A DNA stretch of 64,000 nt from Candidatus Parcubacteria bacterium (GTDB taxonomy: Bacteria > Patescibacteriota > Minisyncoccia > UBA6257 > HR35). The notes below the pieces were generated by a model, which saw only the letters and a program-made list of their open reading frames with translations, was not told the origin of the DNA and made no database searches. Position numbers and translations under genes: made by a program. Positions 29,605 through 38,940 of this stretch are shown one piece after another (the first letter of the stretch is position 1; the number at the start of each line of letters is the position of its first letter). The DNA is taken from NCBI GenBank assembly GCA_025999335.1, contig AP024681.1, forward strand, positions 523,547 through 587,546, in the 5' to 3' direction.

Positions 29605-29661
29605 CCTTAAAAATTACTTTTATTTTTTGTTTCTCTTGATTTCTTAAAAAATAAGAATAAA

Positions 29662-30993
29662 TTATCGGATTTTTTCAAATAAAAAAATTAAAGGATCAAT
29701 GTAACCATAATTTTGAGGACTATGAGGAGCATAGCCATAGCATTTAACTTTTTGACCTTTGATATTGCATTTAGCCGGCACTGGCGTTTCTAGTACAGGT
29801 TTAGTTTTAATTTCTAAATGTAAATGAGTATCCAAAGGGGTTTCTTTGTCGCATCCATCTTCTCCAATTCGCCAATAATTACAGCCAAAACCTGTTGCTC
29901 CAACCTTACCTAAAATTTGTCCAGCTTTTATAAAATCTTCTTCTTTAATTTTTGGATTAATTTCAGCCATATGACCATAAAGAGCATATAATTTTTCAGA
30001 TGTGAACTCTTGCGAACCTTCACGCGAACTTTTGCGAAAATCATTTTCAAACGCAAACTCCTGATATCTAGTTCGCACAGGTTCGCGATTATTATAGTTG
30101 TTTGCATCAGTTCGCGTCGCATTATTCTCTGTTTGCATTAGTTCGCGTTCGTTATAATTGTTCGCATTAGTTCGCGTTATTTCCACAATCACCGTATTTC
30201 CTAAGCCATGATCTTTTTCACCGTTTTTTATAATTTTTACAACTTTTCCGTCAGCTATTGAATAAACATTTAAATCTTTAGCTGACGGTAAAGGAGCAAT
30301 GTCAATGCCAGCATGTTGAATATAATCATTTTCTCTATCTTTTGAGTAAGTATAAGTTGTTCTTAAAGGATTGTTAAATTTTTGACGAATGAAGAATTCT
30401 TTAATATTTACTGGCTGATGAAATCCTTCTTTAATTTTAAAATTTTTGAAAGTTAAATAACTAATTACCAAATCTCCTGCTTTAGCAAGCTTGAAAAACT
30501 CTTGAGCATATTTATCTTCTAAACGGATACAACCACCTGTAAAATTTGAATTTACTCGTCTTCCATCGAGGTAATAAGGAATTTCATGGATGAAGAAATC
30601 TTCATACATTTGGACAGCATAATTCATATAAACAGGAAATAATGATGAAAAAAGCTTTTCTTTTTTGACGCCGATTCGAAAATAACCTGCTGGTGTTTGA
30701 TACCATTTTCCATAAGGAGCTTGATAAGCGATAGGAATTGTTTTTTTAAGTTCTCCGTTTTCAAAAAAATAAATTTTATTGTCAGTTAAATCGACTTCAA
30801 AAACCCTGTTTTCATTAATTTTTGGTTGTAAAACTTTATTTGTTTCTGTTAGGATGCTATTTTGGGGATCTCTATTATTAAAATTCAAAATAATTATTTT
30901 TGGTGTTAAGAATGAATCTAAATTATTAGTCGTTATTGCCGTTATATTGAAAATTGCTCCTAGTAATATAAAACTAAAAAATATATTTTGCAT
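29662..30993 (-). CDS. L,D-transpeptidase (YkuD) fused to an M23 peptidase
   Basis: FFIHE..TGGCIRL; HAGID, YGHM and HLHLE motifs. Confidence 0.88.
   Translation of the reverse strand: MQNIFFSFILLGAIFNITAITTNNLDSFLTPKIIILNFNNRDPQNSILTETNKVLQPKINENRVFEVDLTDNKIYFFENGELKKTIPIAYQAPYGKWYQTPAGYFRIGVKKEKLFSSLFPVYMNYAVQMYEDFFIHEIPYYLDGRRVNSNFTGGCIRLEDKYAQEFFKLAKAGDLVISYLTFKNFKIKEGFHQPVNIKEFFIRQKFNNPLRTTYTYSKDRENDYIQHAGIDIAPLPSAKDLNVYSIADGKVVKIIKNGEKDHGLGNTVIVEITRTNANNYNERELMQTENNATRTDANNYNNREPVRTRYQEFAFENDFRKSSREGSQEFTSEKLYALYGHMAEINPKIKEEDFIKAGQILGKVGATGFGCNYWRIGEDGCDKETPLDTHLHLEIKTKPVLETPVPAKCNIKGQKVKCYGYAPHSPQNYGYIDPLIFLFEKIR
30000..30177. repeat. In-frame inverted array of GCGAAC / GTTCGC units in the M23 domain
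   Basis: About five GCGAAC-like units followed by eight GTTCGC-like units, mostly in pairs 10 bp apart; ~58-aa insert. Confidence 0.9.
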
Positions 30994-31179
30994 TTCTAAT
31001 CTTTATTAGATAATTTTAATTTTATTATTTTTCTTATTATATTATAATTATGTTAGTTTTACTTTGAATTTGTTAATTAGATATTGTATTTAATCAAAAT
31101 AATTTTCGATGTCTTTTATAATTTTGTATAAATTATATAATGTTATATAATAATATTTATAATTAATTTAATATTATAA

Positions 31180-31710
31180 ATGCAAAAAATTGCTTTTATT
31201 ATAGCTAAAAGATATTTTCGAGATGAAGAATTTTTTGTGCCAGCTAGGATGTTAGAAAATGCTGGTTATGAAGTAGTTGTTGTGAGTAATGCTAAGAAAG
31301 GAGAAAGTGCTGTTGGTGCAAATGGCGGTGAGGTTGTTGTTGATTTAGAATTAGAAAATTTAAATCCTGAAAATTTTGATATGGTAGTTTTTGTTGGTGG
31401 TCCAGGAGCTTTGGAAAATTTGGATAATGAAATTAGTTATAAAATTGCCCAAAAAACTGTTGAGTTGAAGAAAAAATTAGCAGCGATTTGCATTGCGCCA
31501 ACGATTTTAGCTAAAGCTGGAGTTTTGAAAGGCAAGAAAGCAACCTGTTGGTCAAGTGAAGAAAACAAAAAACCAATTAAAGTTTTAGAAGAAAATGGCG
31601 CAGAATATACTGGTGAAGATGTTGTTCGCGATGGGGATTTAGTTACTGCCAATGGTCCAGCAGCTGCTGAAAAATTTGGTAAAATATTATTAGAAATATT
31701 GAAAGAATAA
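31180..31710 (+). CDS. DJ-1/PfpI family protein
   Basis: F.DEE, VGGPGA, AICIAP and TANGP motifs. Confidence 0.93.
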   Translation: MQKIAFIIAKRYFRDEEFFVPARMLENAGYEVVVVSNAKKGESAVGANGGEVVVDLELENLNPENFDMVVFVGGPGALENLDNEISYKIAQKTVELKKKLAAICIAPTILAKAGVLKGKKATCWSSEENKKPIKVLEENGAEYTGEDVVRDGDLVTANGPAAAEKFGKILLEILKE

Positions 31711-31752
31711 AGAAAAGAAAGTTCTCTACAAAATAAAAACAACAATCATTAT

Positions 31753-31805
31753 TCCGGGGTAGTTCAGTGGTACCTGCCTACCGGCAGGCAGGGAACGCGC
31801 GGCTG
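31753..31805 (+). pseudogene. tRNA-Asn 5' half, interrupted in the D-loop and truncated in the anticodon
   Basis: TCCGGGGTAGTTCAGTGGTA-[20 bp]-GAACGCGCGGCTG is otherwise identical to 32052-32084. Confidence 0.9.
31773..31792. repeat. 20-bp palindromic element CCTGCCTACCGGCAGGCAGG
   Basis: Precise insertion relative to the intact tRNA copies; 7-bp arms. Confidence 0.92.
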
Positions 31806-31821
31806 CATAATATAAAATAAA

Positions 31822-32061
31822 ATGAATTATTACGTGTATGTTTTGAGAAGTTTGAAAACAGGAAAACATTATATAGGTATAAGCAAAAATCCAGAGAAGA
31901 GACTAAAAGAGCACAACAAAGGGGATAGTAAATTTACGAAAGGTCATAGACCATGGGTTTTGGTTTATAAAGAGTTTGTTGGTAATAGATTAAAAGCTAG
32001 AGTAAAAGAAAAAGAATTGAAAAGATCATACACAAAACGAAAAAATTTTATTCCGGGGTAG
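31822..32061 (+). CDS. Small GIY-YIG nuclease (UPF0213/SLX1-like)
   Basis: YVYVL..HYIG.S.N..RL.EHN.G..T..RPW.LVY.E..A..E..LK; stop codon lies inside the tRNA. Confidence 0.93.
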   Translation: MNYYVYVLRSLKTGKHYIGISKNPEKRLKEHNKGDSKFTKGHRPWVLVYKEFVGNRLKARVKEKELKRSYTKRKNFIPG

Positions 32062-32123
32062 TTCAGTGGTAGAACGCGCGGCTGTTAACCGCGATGTCGT
32101 AGGTTCGAATCCTACCCCCGGAG
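32052..32123 (+). tRNA. tRNA-Asn(GTT), intronless
   Basis: TCCGGGG/CCCCGGA acceptor, CGCGG-CTGTTAA-CCGCG anticodon arm, GTAGG-TTCGAAT-CCTAC T arm. Confidence 0.96.
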
Positions 32124-33710
32124 CAAAGAGGACTGATTTTCGCTTAAATTCTCAAAATCCCTATTAAAATCTTGCTTTTCTTGATTTTTAGCTGGTTCGA
32201 ATACACCCTCTTTCTCTAACTCACCAGGAAGATCCATTATTCGAACCGTAAATATAGGCTCAATCTTTACATTCAGCTTTTTATCCTTTACTATAAATTC
32301 AGAACCTATACACTTTAAAATAGTCCTTTTAGTGGCAATATCTCCGTTAAGATAAGCTTCTTTTATCTTTCCCACGATATTTACATAGTCAATAGCATAA
32401 TCAATCCATCTATCATCTTCATATTCTTGTTCTCTTAACATAGTTTCAATAGCTTGCTTTCTTTTTCTTAGCGGTTCAATATTCCTTTGAAATTCCTCCT
32501 CAGTAATCTCTCCGCTTGATTTCATATTTATTAAGTTATCAATCTGATTAGTTATAGCAGAATACATTCTTTTATAATGACCTAAATTCTTTTCTCTTTC
32601 TTCTTTTCTTTTTCTTTGTTCTTCTTTCAAAGTACTAATAGCCCAGTTATGAATAGCTTCAGGAATGCTAATATTTGATAAAACTTCTAAAATTTCATTT
32701 TCTAACTCCTCCTCTCTTATTGGTTTTTGATGGCAAATTCCAGGATAATTTTTCTTTTTAGCACATTCATAATAAACATATCTCAGAACCCTACCATTTT
32801 TGTTTCTTTTCAATTTTTCATAGCTAGTTAAAACACCACCGCATTCACCACATCTTAATAAGCCTCTAAACATATGAACGATTTTCCTCTTTTTAGGACT
32901 TCCTTTTCTATTTAAAATTTCTTGAACCAATAACCAAGTTTCTTTATCAATAACAGGCTCATAATTTCCTTTATACCAATTACCAGAACCTTTAGGATAT
33001 TCAAACTCACCATAATAATCAGGACATCTTAACATTGCATAAAATTTACTCGGAGATAATCTTTTGCCATATCTATTTGTTAATCCCCACTCATCAACAG
33101 CTATTCTATAAACTTCTTTAGGAGTGTATTGACCACTTGCTAATGTTTCAAATACTTTTCTTATAATATGAAATCTTTCTGGATCAGGAAAATAGTTATG
33201 TTCGCCTTTAGGAGAATATTTGTTATTGAGATAACCCAAAGGAGCTAATCCTGGTTTAAATCCTTTTTCAGCTTTCTTTCTCAGCCCTCTTTTAGTATTA
33301 GTAGCGAGATCTCTAATATACTGGTTAGCCATTCCAGTTTCTACAGCCCATAATAAAGCGTTATCTTCTGGCTTATAAACTCTTTCTGGTGTTCTAATTT
33401 CTTTAATTATTTCTTTTTGTAAAAGCCATTGAATTGTTCCTGAATCAATAGGGTTCCTGCTAAGTCTATCAACTTTCCAACATAAAATAGCATTAGCCTC
33501 TCCTTTTTTAATTTTTTCAATCATTAAGTTAAAAATCTCCCTTCCCGGCTCTTTAGCACTTTTAGCTTCTGTTAAAATATCAACAACTTCTAAACCCTCT
33601 TTTTCTGCTAATTTTTGTAATTCTTCAACCTGAGATTCTAAAGATAAGACCTGTCTATCTTCTGACTCTGAACTTTTTCTAGCATATATAATGTATCTAA
33701 GTTTTCCCAT
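32112..33710 (-). CDS. Large serine recombinase (resolvase, recombinase and Zn-ribbon domains)
   Basis: YARKS catalytic Ser, DRLSRN, PLGY, C..C..Y.C; the last codons are the antisense of the tRNA 3' end. Confidence 0.95.
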   Translation of the reverse strand: MGKLRYIIYARKSSESEDRQVLSLESQVEELQKLAEKEGLEVVDILTEAKSAKEPGREIFNLMIEKIKKGEANAILCWKVDRLSRNPIDSGTIQWLLQKEIIKEIRTPERVYKPEDNALLWAVETGMANQYIRDLATNTKRGLRKKAEKGFKPGLAPLGYLNNKYSPKGEHNYFPDPERFHIIRKVFETLASGQYTPKEVYRIAVDEWGLTNRYGKRLSPSKFYAMLRCPDYYGEFEYPKGSGNWYKGNYEPVIDKETWLLVQEILNRKGSPKKRKIVHMFRGLLRCGECGGVLTSYEKLKRNKNGRVLRYVYYECAKKKNYPGICHQKPIREEELENEILEVLSNISIPEAIHNWAISTLKEEQRKRKEEREKNLGHYKRMYSAITNQIDNLINMKSSGEITEEEFQRNIEPLRKRKQAIETMLREQEYEDDRWIDYAIDYVNIVGKIKEAYLNGDIATKRTILKCIGSEFIVKDKKLNVKIEPIFTVRIMDLPGELEKEGVFEPAKNQEKQDFNRDFENLSENQSSLLRG

Positions 33711-33806
33711 TATTTATGTGAATTATAATAAATTTTTCTTAAAATCGCTAAACTTTATTAAATTAATTTCGCCCATTTTTTCTATGTTTTTTGTATATAC
33801 CCCCTC

Positions 33807-33956
33807 AACGATGTCCCGAAATTCCAGTTACTTAACCTGACCTAACCAGGGGGTTCTTATATAGGACAGGTTAGGTTGAAAAAGGGTATTTAACGATGTC
33901 GGAAAATTCCAACCTGACCTGCCTATATAAACACCCCCTTAGGTAGGTTAGGTTGA
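33807..33956. repeat. Putative replication origin: nested inverted repeats / iterons
   Basis: AACCT(G/A)ACCT x4 in alternating orientation, two ~45-bp units inverted to each other, AACGATGTC..GAAATTCCA-like motif x2. Confidence 0.7.
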
Positions 33957-33980
33957 CAACTTTTTCACATAACTAATAGG

Positions 33981-35924
33981 TTAGAACTGAATGTCTAAAA
34001 TTGATAAACTCTCTTTACTCGATACTTCTGCATCTTCACTCTTTTCGTTTAAAAACCAACGATATGTAGCTCCCTTTTTATTTTCTTTTGGGTTTCTGCA
34101 AATTGAACCCTTATCATAAAGGCGGTCTAATGAAGCTTTTAGTTTTTTTCTTGTTATTTTGATTCCTTCATTCTCGAGTTCTTCTTTTATTGCGCTATAG
34201 ATTTCTGATGTTGTTAGCTCTTTTCCAGAATTTTCCTGTAAAAAATTAATTACAGCTTCTTCAATTAAAATGTTTTCTTCTTCAGAGATGTTAATTGATT
34301 TCAATTTCCCATTTTCGTCGAATTCATAAACAAGCTCTTTTGGTTCAATTATTCTTCCCTGCGATCTTAAAATTCTTCTTTTTTTATTATTTTCATGAAT
34401 GTTTAGGGTAATAAGAATGTCAAACATACCAGCGAGTGCGTGTGTTCCTGCAATTGACTTAATCCCTTGTTCGCTTTTGATCGTATGATGCAGTACAATT
34501 AGCGTTGTCCTTCTTTCTTGAAGAAATCTCAAAAAATTTAGCAATAAATTGCTTACTTCACTAGCAGAGGTTTCGTCTCTAATGTCATTACCAACGATAC
34601 TTCTTAGAGTATCTATAATCAAGATATCGGGGCTTAAATTTTTCACAATCTCATTAACTCCTTCAATCCCTAACGCTAATGCTGGTAGTATCAAAAGATT
34701 CTCCTTAATCTTTTCGAAATCCAAGCCTTCAAATAGACCAAACTCTTCATAATTTTTGATTCTTTTCTTCCATAAACTTTTAGATTCTTCTGAGAGATAT
34801 AGAATTTTATAATTTTCAGCCCATCCTAAACAATTTCTAAAAATAAGCTCTGTTTTTCCAGTTTTAGGATACGCAGAAAGAATATGCGTCCACCCCTTAA
34901 CAATAAACCCATTTTCTCCAATTAAGGGTATGAACTCTAGTTGATCTTCTGTTTCGCTTAAGAGATCATCGATAGTAAAGAAGCCCTTCTTTAATTTTTC
35001 GATATAGTCATAATTTAATGTTTTTAAATCACCGCCCTGTTGGTAAAATTCGGTGACATCTTTCCCGCAGGGGAGATTTATTATATAAACATCGCTCACT
35101 GAAAGGCTTAATTTGTTTATTAGATTATTCAACCAAGTTTTTCCAGTCTCATCACGGTCTGGAATAAGAAAAATTTTCTTAAACCTCCTAATTATATCAA
35201 CCCATTCATCAAGCCATTTAGTTGTTCCGCCTCCTGCGATTGTCAGGACGTTGAAACCTTCTTGATTCAGTAAAATAGCATCCAATTCTCCTTCTACCAG
35301 ATATATTTCTTCCTTTTCAAAGTCAACACAGTTAATTGGAAATAAAGTTTTCTTTGTTCCCGATCTTAACCACTTATACTTTTCCAGGTTTGGATTTTCC
35401 TTTAAGGGATCACGCCTGATTTTATAGTTTACAATTTTTCCGCTTTCGTCAAAAATTGGGATCCCAATCCAATAATTTCCTTTTTTATCTTTAAAACAAC
35501 TAAAACCAAATTTAGCAATAGTTTCATCAGTTAGTTTTCTTTTCTTTAACCAATCCTTTAGCTCTTCCGTTAAATCAATCAATTTATAAAACCCTTCACT
35601 AGCTGCCTCTTCTGTTTTTTCTTCAATATCATCAATTTCTCTTAAATAATGTTTTTTTAGATACCTAATGGCATCTTTGGTTGTTAAATTATGACAAATT
35701 TTAATGAAAGAAATAACATTTCCGCCTTTTCCGCAACCAAAGCAATACCAACTATTGGTTTTAGGATATATAGTAAATGAAGGATGGTTATCGTTATGAA
35801 AAGGACATTTTATTTGAGGTGTTCTTCTATTAGGAATTGCAATATCAGTTTCTCTTTGAATTACTTCTTTAATATCGAGATTATTTATTTTTTCAAATAT
35901 GTTATAATTATTTTGTAAAGACAT
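33981..35924 (-). CDS. Primase-helicase (zf-CHC2, TOPRIM, RecA-like AAA_25, C-terminal wHTH)
   Basis: CPFHND..PSF..WYCFGC, VEGELD, DRDETG, AYPKTGKT, ILIIDT and LHH motifs. Confidence 0.9.
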   Translation of the reverse strand: MSLQNNYNIFEKINNLDIKEVIQRETDIAIPNRRTPQIKCPFHNDNHPSFTIYPKTNSWYCFGCGKGGNVISFIKICHNLTTKDAIRYLKKHYLREIDDIEEKTEEAASEGFYKLIDLTEELKDWLKKRKLTDETIAKFGFSCFKDKKGNYWIGIPIFDESGKIVNYKIRRDPLKENPNLEKYKWLRSGTKKTLFPINCVDFEKEEIYLVEGELDAILLNQEGFNVLTIAGGGTTKWLDEWVDIIRRFKKIFLIPDRDETGKTWLNNLINKLSLSVSDVYIINLPCGKDVTEFYQQGGDLKTLNYDYIEKLKKGFFTIDDLLSETEDQLEFIPLIGENGFIVKGWTHILSAYPKTGKTELIFRNCLGWAENYKILYLSEESKSLWKKRIKNYEEFGLFEGLDFEKIKENLLILPALALGIEGVNEIVKNLSPDILIIDTLRSIVGNDIRDETSASEVSNLLLNFLRFLQERRTTLIVLHHTIKSEQGIKSIAGTHALAGMFDILITLNIHENNKKRRILRSQGRIIEPKELVYEFDENGKLKSINISEEENILIEEAVINFLQENSGKELTTSEIYSAIKEELENEGIKITRKKLKASLDRLYDKGSICRNPKENKKGATYRWFLNEKSEDAEVSSKESLSILDIQF

Positions 35925-35934
35925 TTTGTATCAT

Positions 35935-35971
35935 AAAGCCTCGCTACTCTAAAAAGATAGCGGGGCTTTTT
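35935..35971. terminator. GC hairpin just upstream of the primase start (terminator or attenuator)
   Basis: AAAGCCTCGCTA / TAGCGGGGCTTT followed by a T-run on the + strand. Confidence 0.55.
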
Positions 35972-36025
35972 CTTTTTTAATTTTGACCTTTAAGATGTTT
36001 AAGTACTTCTTCAATATCAAATCTT

Positions 36026-36313
36026 CTAATACTTCTTTCGTAACTTCTGATTGATTTCAGAACACCCATCTTCTCCCACCTTCTTAAAGTCTGTGGATGC
36101 ACGTTTAGGATTTTTGCAAGCTCTCCAATCTTGATAAATTTTTTCTCCATTTTTTGCTTTATTTTTTAATGATCGACCTTTAATTTTTTCAAAATTGAAA
36201 ATAACTTTATAAAGCTCCAAAATTTTTATTTTCTGTCTTAAAACTTCATCTTCTTTTAGCTTCAAGCCCGTTTCTTTGAATGCCTTTTCAAATTCTTTTA
36301 AATCTCTTTCCAT
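36026..36313 (-). CDS. Hypothetical protein of the element
   Basis: 95-aa ORF co-oriented with the primase. Confidence 0.45.
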   Translation of the reverse strand: MERDLKEFEKAFKETGLKLKEDEVLRQKIKILELYKVIFNFEKIKGRSLKNKAKNGEKIYQDWRACKNPKRASTDFKKVGEDGCSEINQKLRKKY

Positions 36314-36515
36314 TTCTCTTAAATTCTTACATTTGCTATAGGGGGAGTAAGGGAGATTTTTTTAAATATTTACTCTCACCATAGCTAAAAAATGTAGAAA
36401 AAATTAGGCAAAATAAAAAAGGAGTCTAATTAGCCTTCTTAAATTTCTAGCTCTTGACAAGGTTTAATCAAAGCAAACAAATCTTATTAGTACTGTTGTT
36501 TTTTTATTAATTTTT

Positions 36516-38159
36516 CTAAAAACTTTTAACTGCTTTTATAAAATCTCTGTAATCCTCTTTATTAACACTCCCCAATTTTAAAAGAGAACATAGCTCATTT
36601 AACGCTCGCCATGATTTTTGAGATTTTTCTAATATTTTCAGTATTATTTCCTTTAACTGAGGTAAATCATCGAGAGCATCAGCCAACATCCATAACAAAT
36701 GAATTTTTTCTCCCTCGAATGGAGTCATATTTTGATCTGCAAAAACATCTGAATAATTGCTTTCAAACTTTTCTACAAAAATAATAGCCTCTTTTATCGA
36801 CTGAAATTCTGATAAAATTTTTGATTTAAGATCTTTTAATTCTTGCCTGTTTTTATTTAAGTGCCTTTGTCTTGTTCTAATTTCCTGTTGATTTCTTGTA
36901 TGAATAGGTGGGTTAACTTTTACTATACCACTTTTTACATAGTTAATTAATTGAGATTGTTTTTTAAGTTCTTTTATTTCTTTCTTCCCATTTTTAATCA
37001 GGCTATTAAATCTCATAAACAGTCTTATAGTGTGCCTCAACTCATATTCTTTAGAATTTTTTATCTCTAAAATAGTTTTTAATCTTTTTCTGAATTCATT
37101 GTTTTCAGTTAATAGATAGCAAAGAACCCTTTTAGTATATGTTTTTTCGTCTTTAAATACTTTTTTGTTTTTTATCCGTTCCCTCATATATAGCCTCCAA
37201 TCATCAGGGTTGAACTCATCATAAAAAACATAATTTTTTAGCAAAGAACCATAAATATCAGGAATTTTGAATTTTTCAATAAAGTTTTTGGTAATTATTT
37301 TATAAGGGACAATCCTGTTTTCTTTATAAGAGACCTCTAATAAAGCTAAATAACCATAAACATCTTCCGTGTTAATTTGTTGTCCCTTAAGTATGTTGAA
37401 GTTTGTAAGATTATCAATATAAACGAAAGTTTCGCTTAATGGAATTTCTAAAATGTTTCTAATTTTCCCTGCATTCTTTAATTTCTGGTTGTTATTCAGT
37501 TCATTAATTTTCTTTTCTAATATTTCTAATGTCCAAAACCTATAATCTCTAAAAACTTTTTCTAAAGAAAAATTTTCGTCTAATTTCTTATATTTTTCTT
37601 CAATTTTCTTTCTTAAATTTAAAAAATCTTGAACATTAATTTTATATTTTTTTCGAAACTTTGCTACCTCTTTTTTGAAATTGTCTAAATTATTAAAATC
37701 CCAGTAAGATAAATATCCATCAAAATAAAGAAGTAATTTTTCCTGAATTATTTCGAATTTATCTAAAGTAGCAGCTTTTTTAAAAAGACTAACTACTTCA
37801 TTCTCATTATTTTTTAAGTAATTTCTAATCACCCCCACAGCATCTCCAATTTTTTCATCTACATATTCCGTCTCTTCTTTTTTTCTAAAAAATTTTTCTG
37901 TATGACTTAACTCCCCGCCAATTTCTTTTATTTCATAATCTAAATCGAAACCGCATTTTTCTAAGAAAAAATTGGATGTTAAATAATCGATAATGTAATC
38001 CACTTGATCTTCTCTTAACTTTATTTCCTTCAATTCTTTAGGGTAAATAGGAAAATAATAAATATCATCAGGTAGTTTTTCGAATAATCTATAACCATTT
38101 CCGCTTTTCAATTGCTCTTTAATACCATTTTTAATTTTCTCTACTAGATTTTTTATCAT
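36516..38159 (-). CDS. Hypothetical 547-aa protein of the element
   Basis: Long ORF; no recognised motif. Confidence 0.75.
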   Translation of the reverse strand: MIKNLVEKIKNGIKEQLKSGNGYRLFEKLPDDIYYFPIYPKELKEIKLREDQVDYIIDYLTSNFFLEKCGFDLDYEIKEIGGELSHTEKFFRKKEETEYVDEKIGDAVGVIRNYLKNNENEVVSLFKKAATLDKFEIIQEKLLLYFDGYLSYWDFNNLDNFKKEVAKFRKKYKINVQDFLNLRKKIEEKYKKLDENFSLEKVFRDYRFWTLEILEKKINELNNNQKLKNAGKIRNILEIPLSETFVYIDNLTNFNILKGQQINTEDVYGYLALLEVSYKENRIVPYKIITKNFIEKFKIPDIYGSLLKNYVFYDEFNPDDWRLYMRERIKNKKVFKDEKTYTKRVLCYLLTENNEFRKRLKTILEIKNSKEYELRHTIRLFMRFNSLIKNGKKEIKELKKQSQLINYVKSGIVKVNPPIHTRNQQEIRTRQRHLNKNRQELKDLKSKILSEFQSIKEAIIFVEKFESNYSDVFADQNMTPFEGEKIHLLWMLADALDDLPQLKEIILKILEKSQKSWRALNELCSLLKLGSVNKEDYRDFIKAVKSF

Positions 38160-38651
38160 TTTTGCTAAAATTTTATATTTCCTTATTAAAAAGTCAACTC
38201 TTAATTAAATTTTACCTAAAAGTTATAAAGCTTAAACCTTTTTAAAAGCTTACGGGCTTAAATGTATTTTGTGAAAATTTAAAAATTCCGCAGATTTTAC
38301 AAAAATTAAAAATCTTTATTATATTCACCACGAAGTCTATTCCTTGCTTTAAAAATAACTCCCTGTACCCCTCCCCTGGCTATGTTTAAACAAGCGCTCT
38401 TTACCACTATAGTTTCACTTTTTACTTTTTAAGTCATTCCATTATCTAACAAGAAGGAGATAATTTTTAAAGCAGAAATTTTTACTATAAAACACCATAA
38501 CACCATAACACTAAATTCTACAATCTGAATATTTAAATTAAATTTCAAAAATCCTCTCAAAAAACTAAGATTCCAAGCATAATTAAACCCTAAATTCCTT
38601 AAACAAAATTCACAATTTTTGATAAAATTTAATTAATAAAGGCTGAGAACA

Positions 38652-38804
38652 ATGGTTGATAAAAATAATAAAAAGAATGATAAAAAATTTGTAGAGTTGA
38701 TCTGGCATGGAAAATATAAAGAATTTAATTTGAAAGATAAAATTTCTATCGAGAGACCAAATCTGCCGTTCCAGTTTATAGAAACAATTAATGAACCTAT
38801 ATAA
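38652..38804 (+). pseudogene. N-terminal stub of a type III R-M Mod-like methyltransferase
   Basis: Manual translation ..VELIWHGKY..IERPNLPFQFIETINEPI* resembles Mod N-termini (recalled, not searched). Confidence 0.6.
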
Positions 38805-38940
38805 ATATGGAACAGCTTAAATATTTTCTAAATTAATTAAATTATACATAGCAACAGTTAGGTTATGAACAAGTTACTAGAAATTCGCATAAATTGCCCT
38901 AAGGAATATTTAAAAATAAATTAAAAAATAATGTTAAAAA

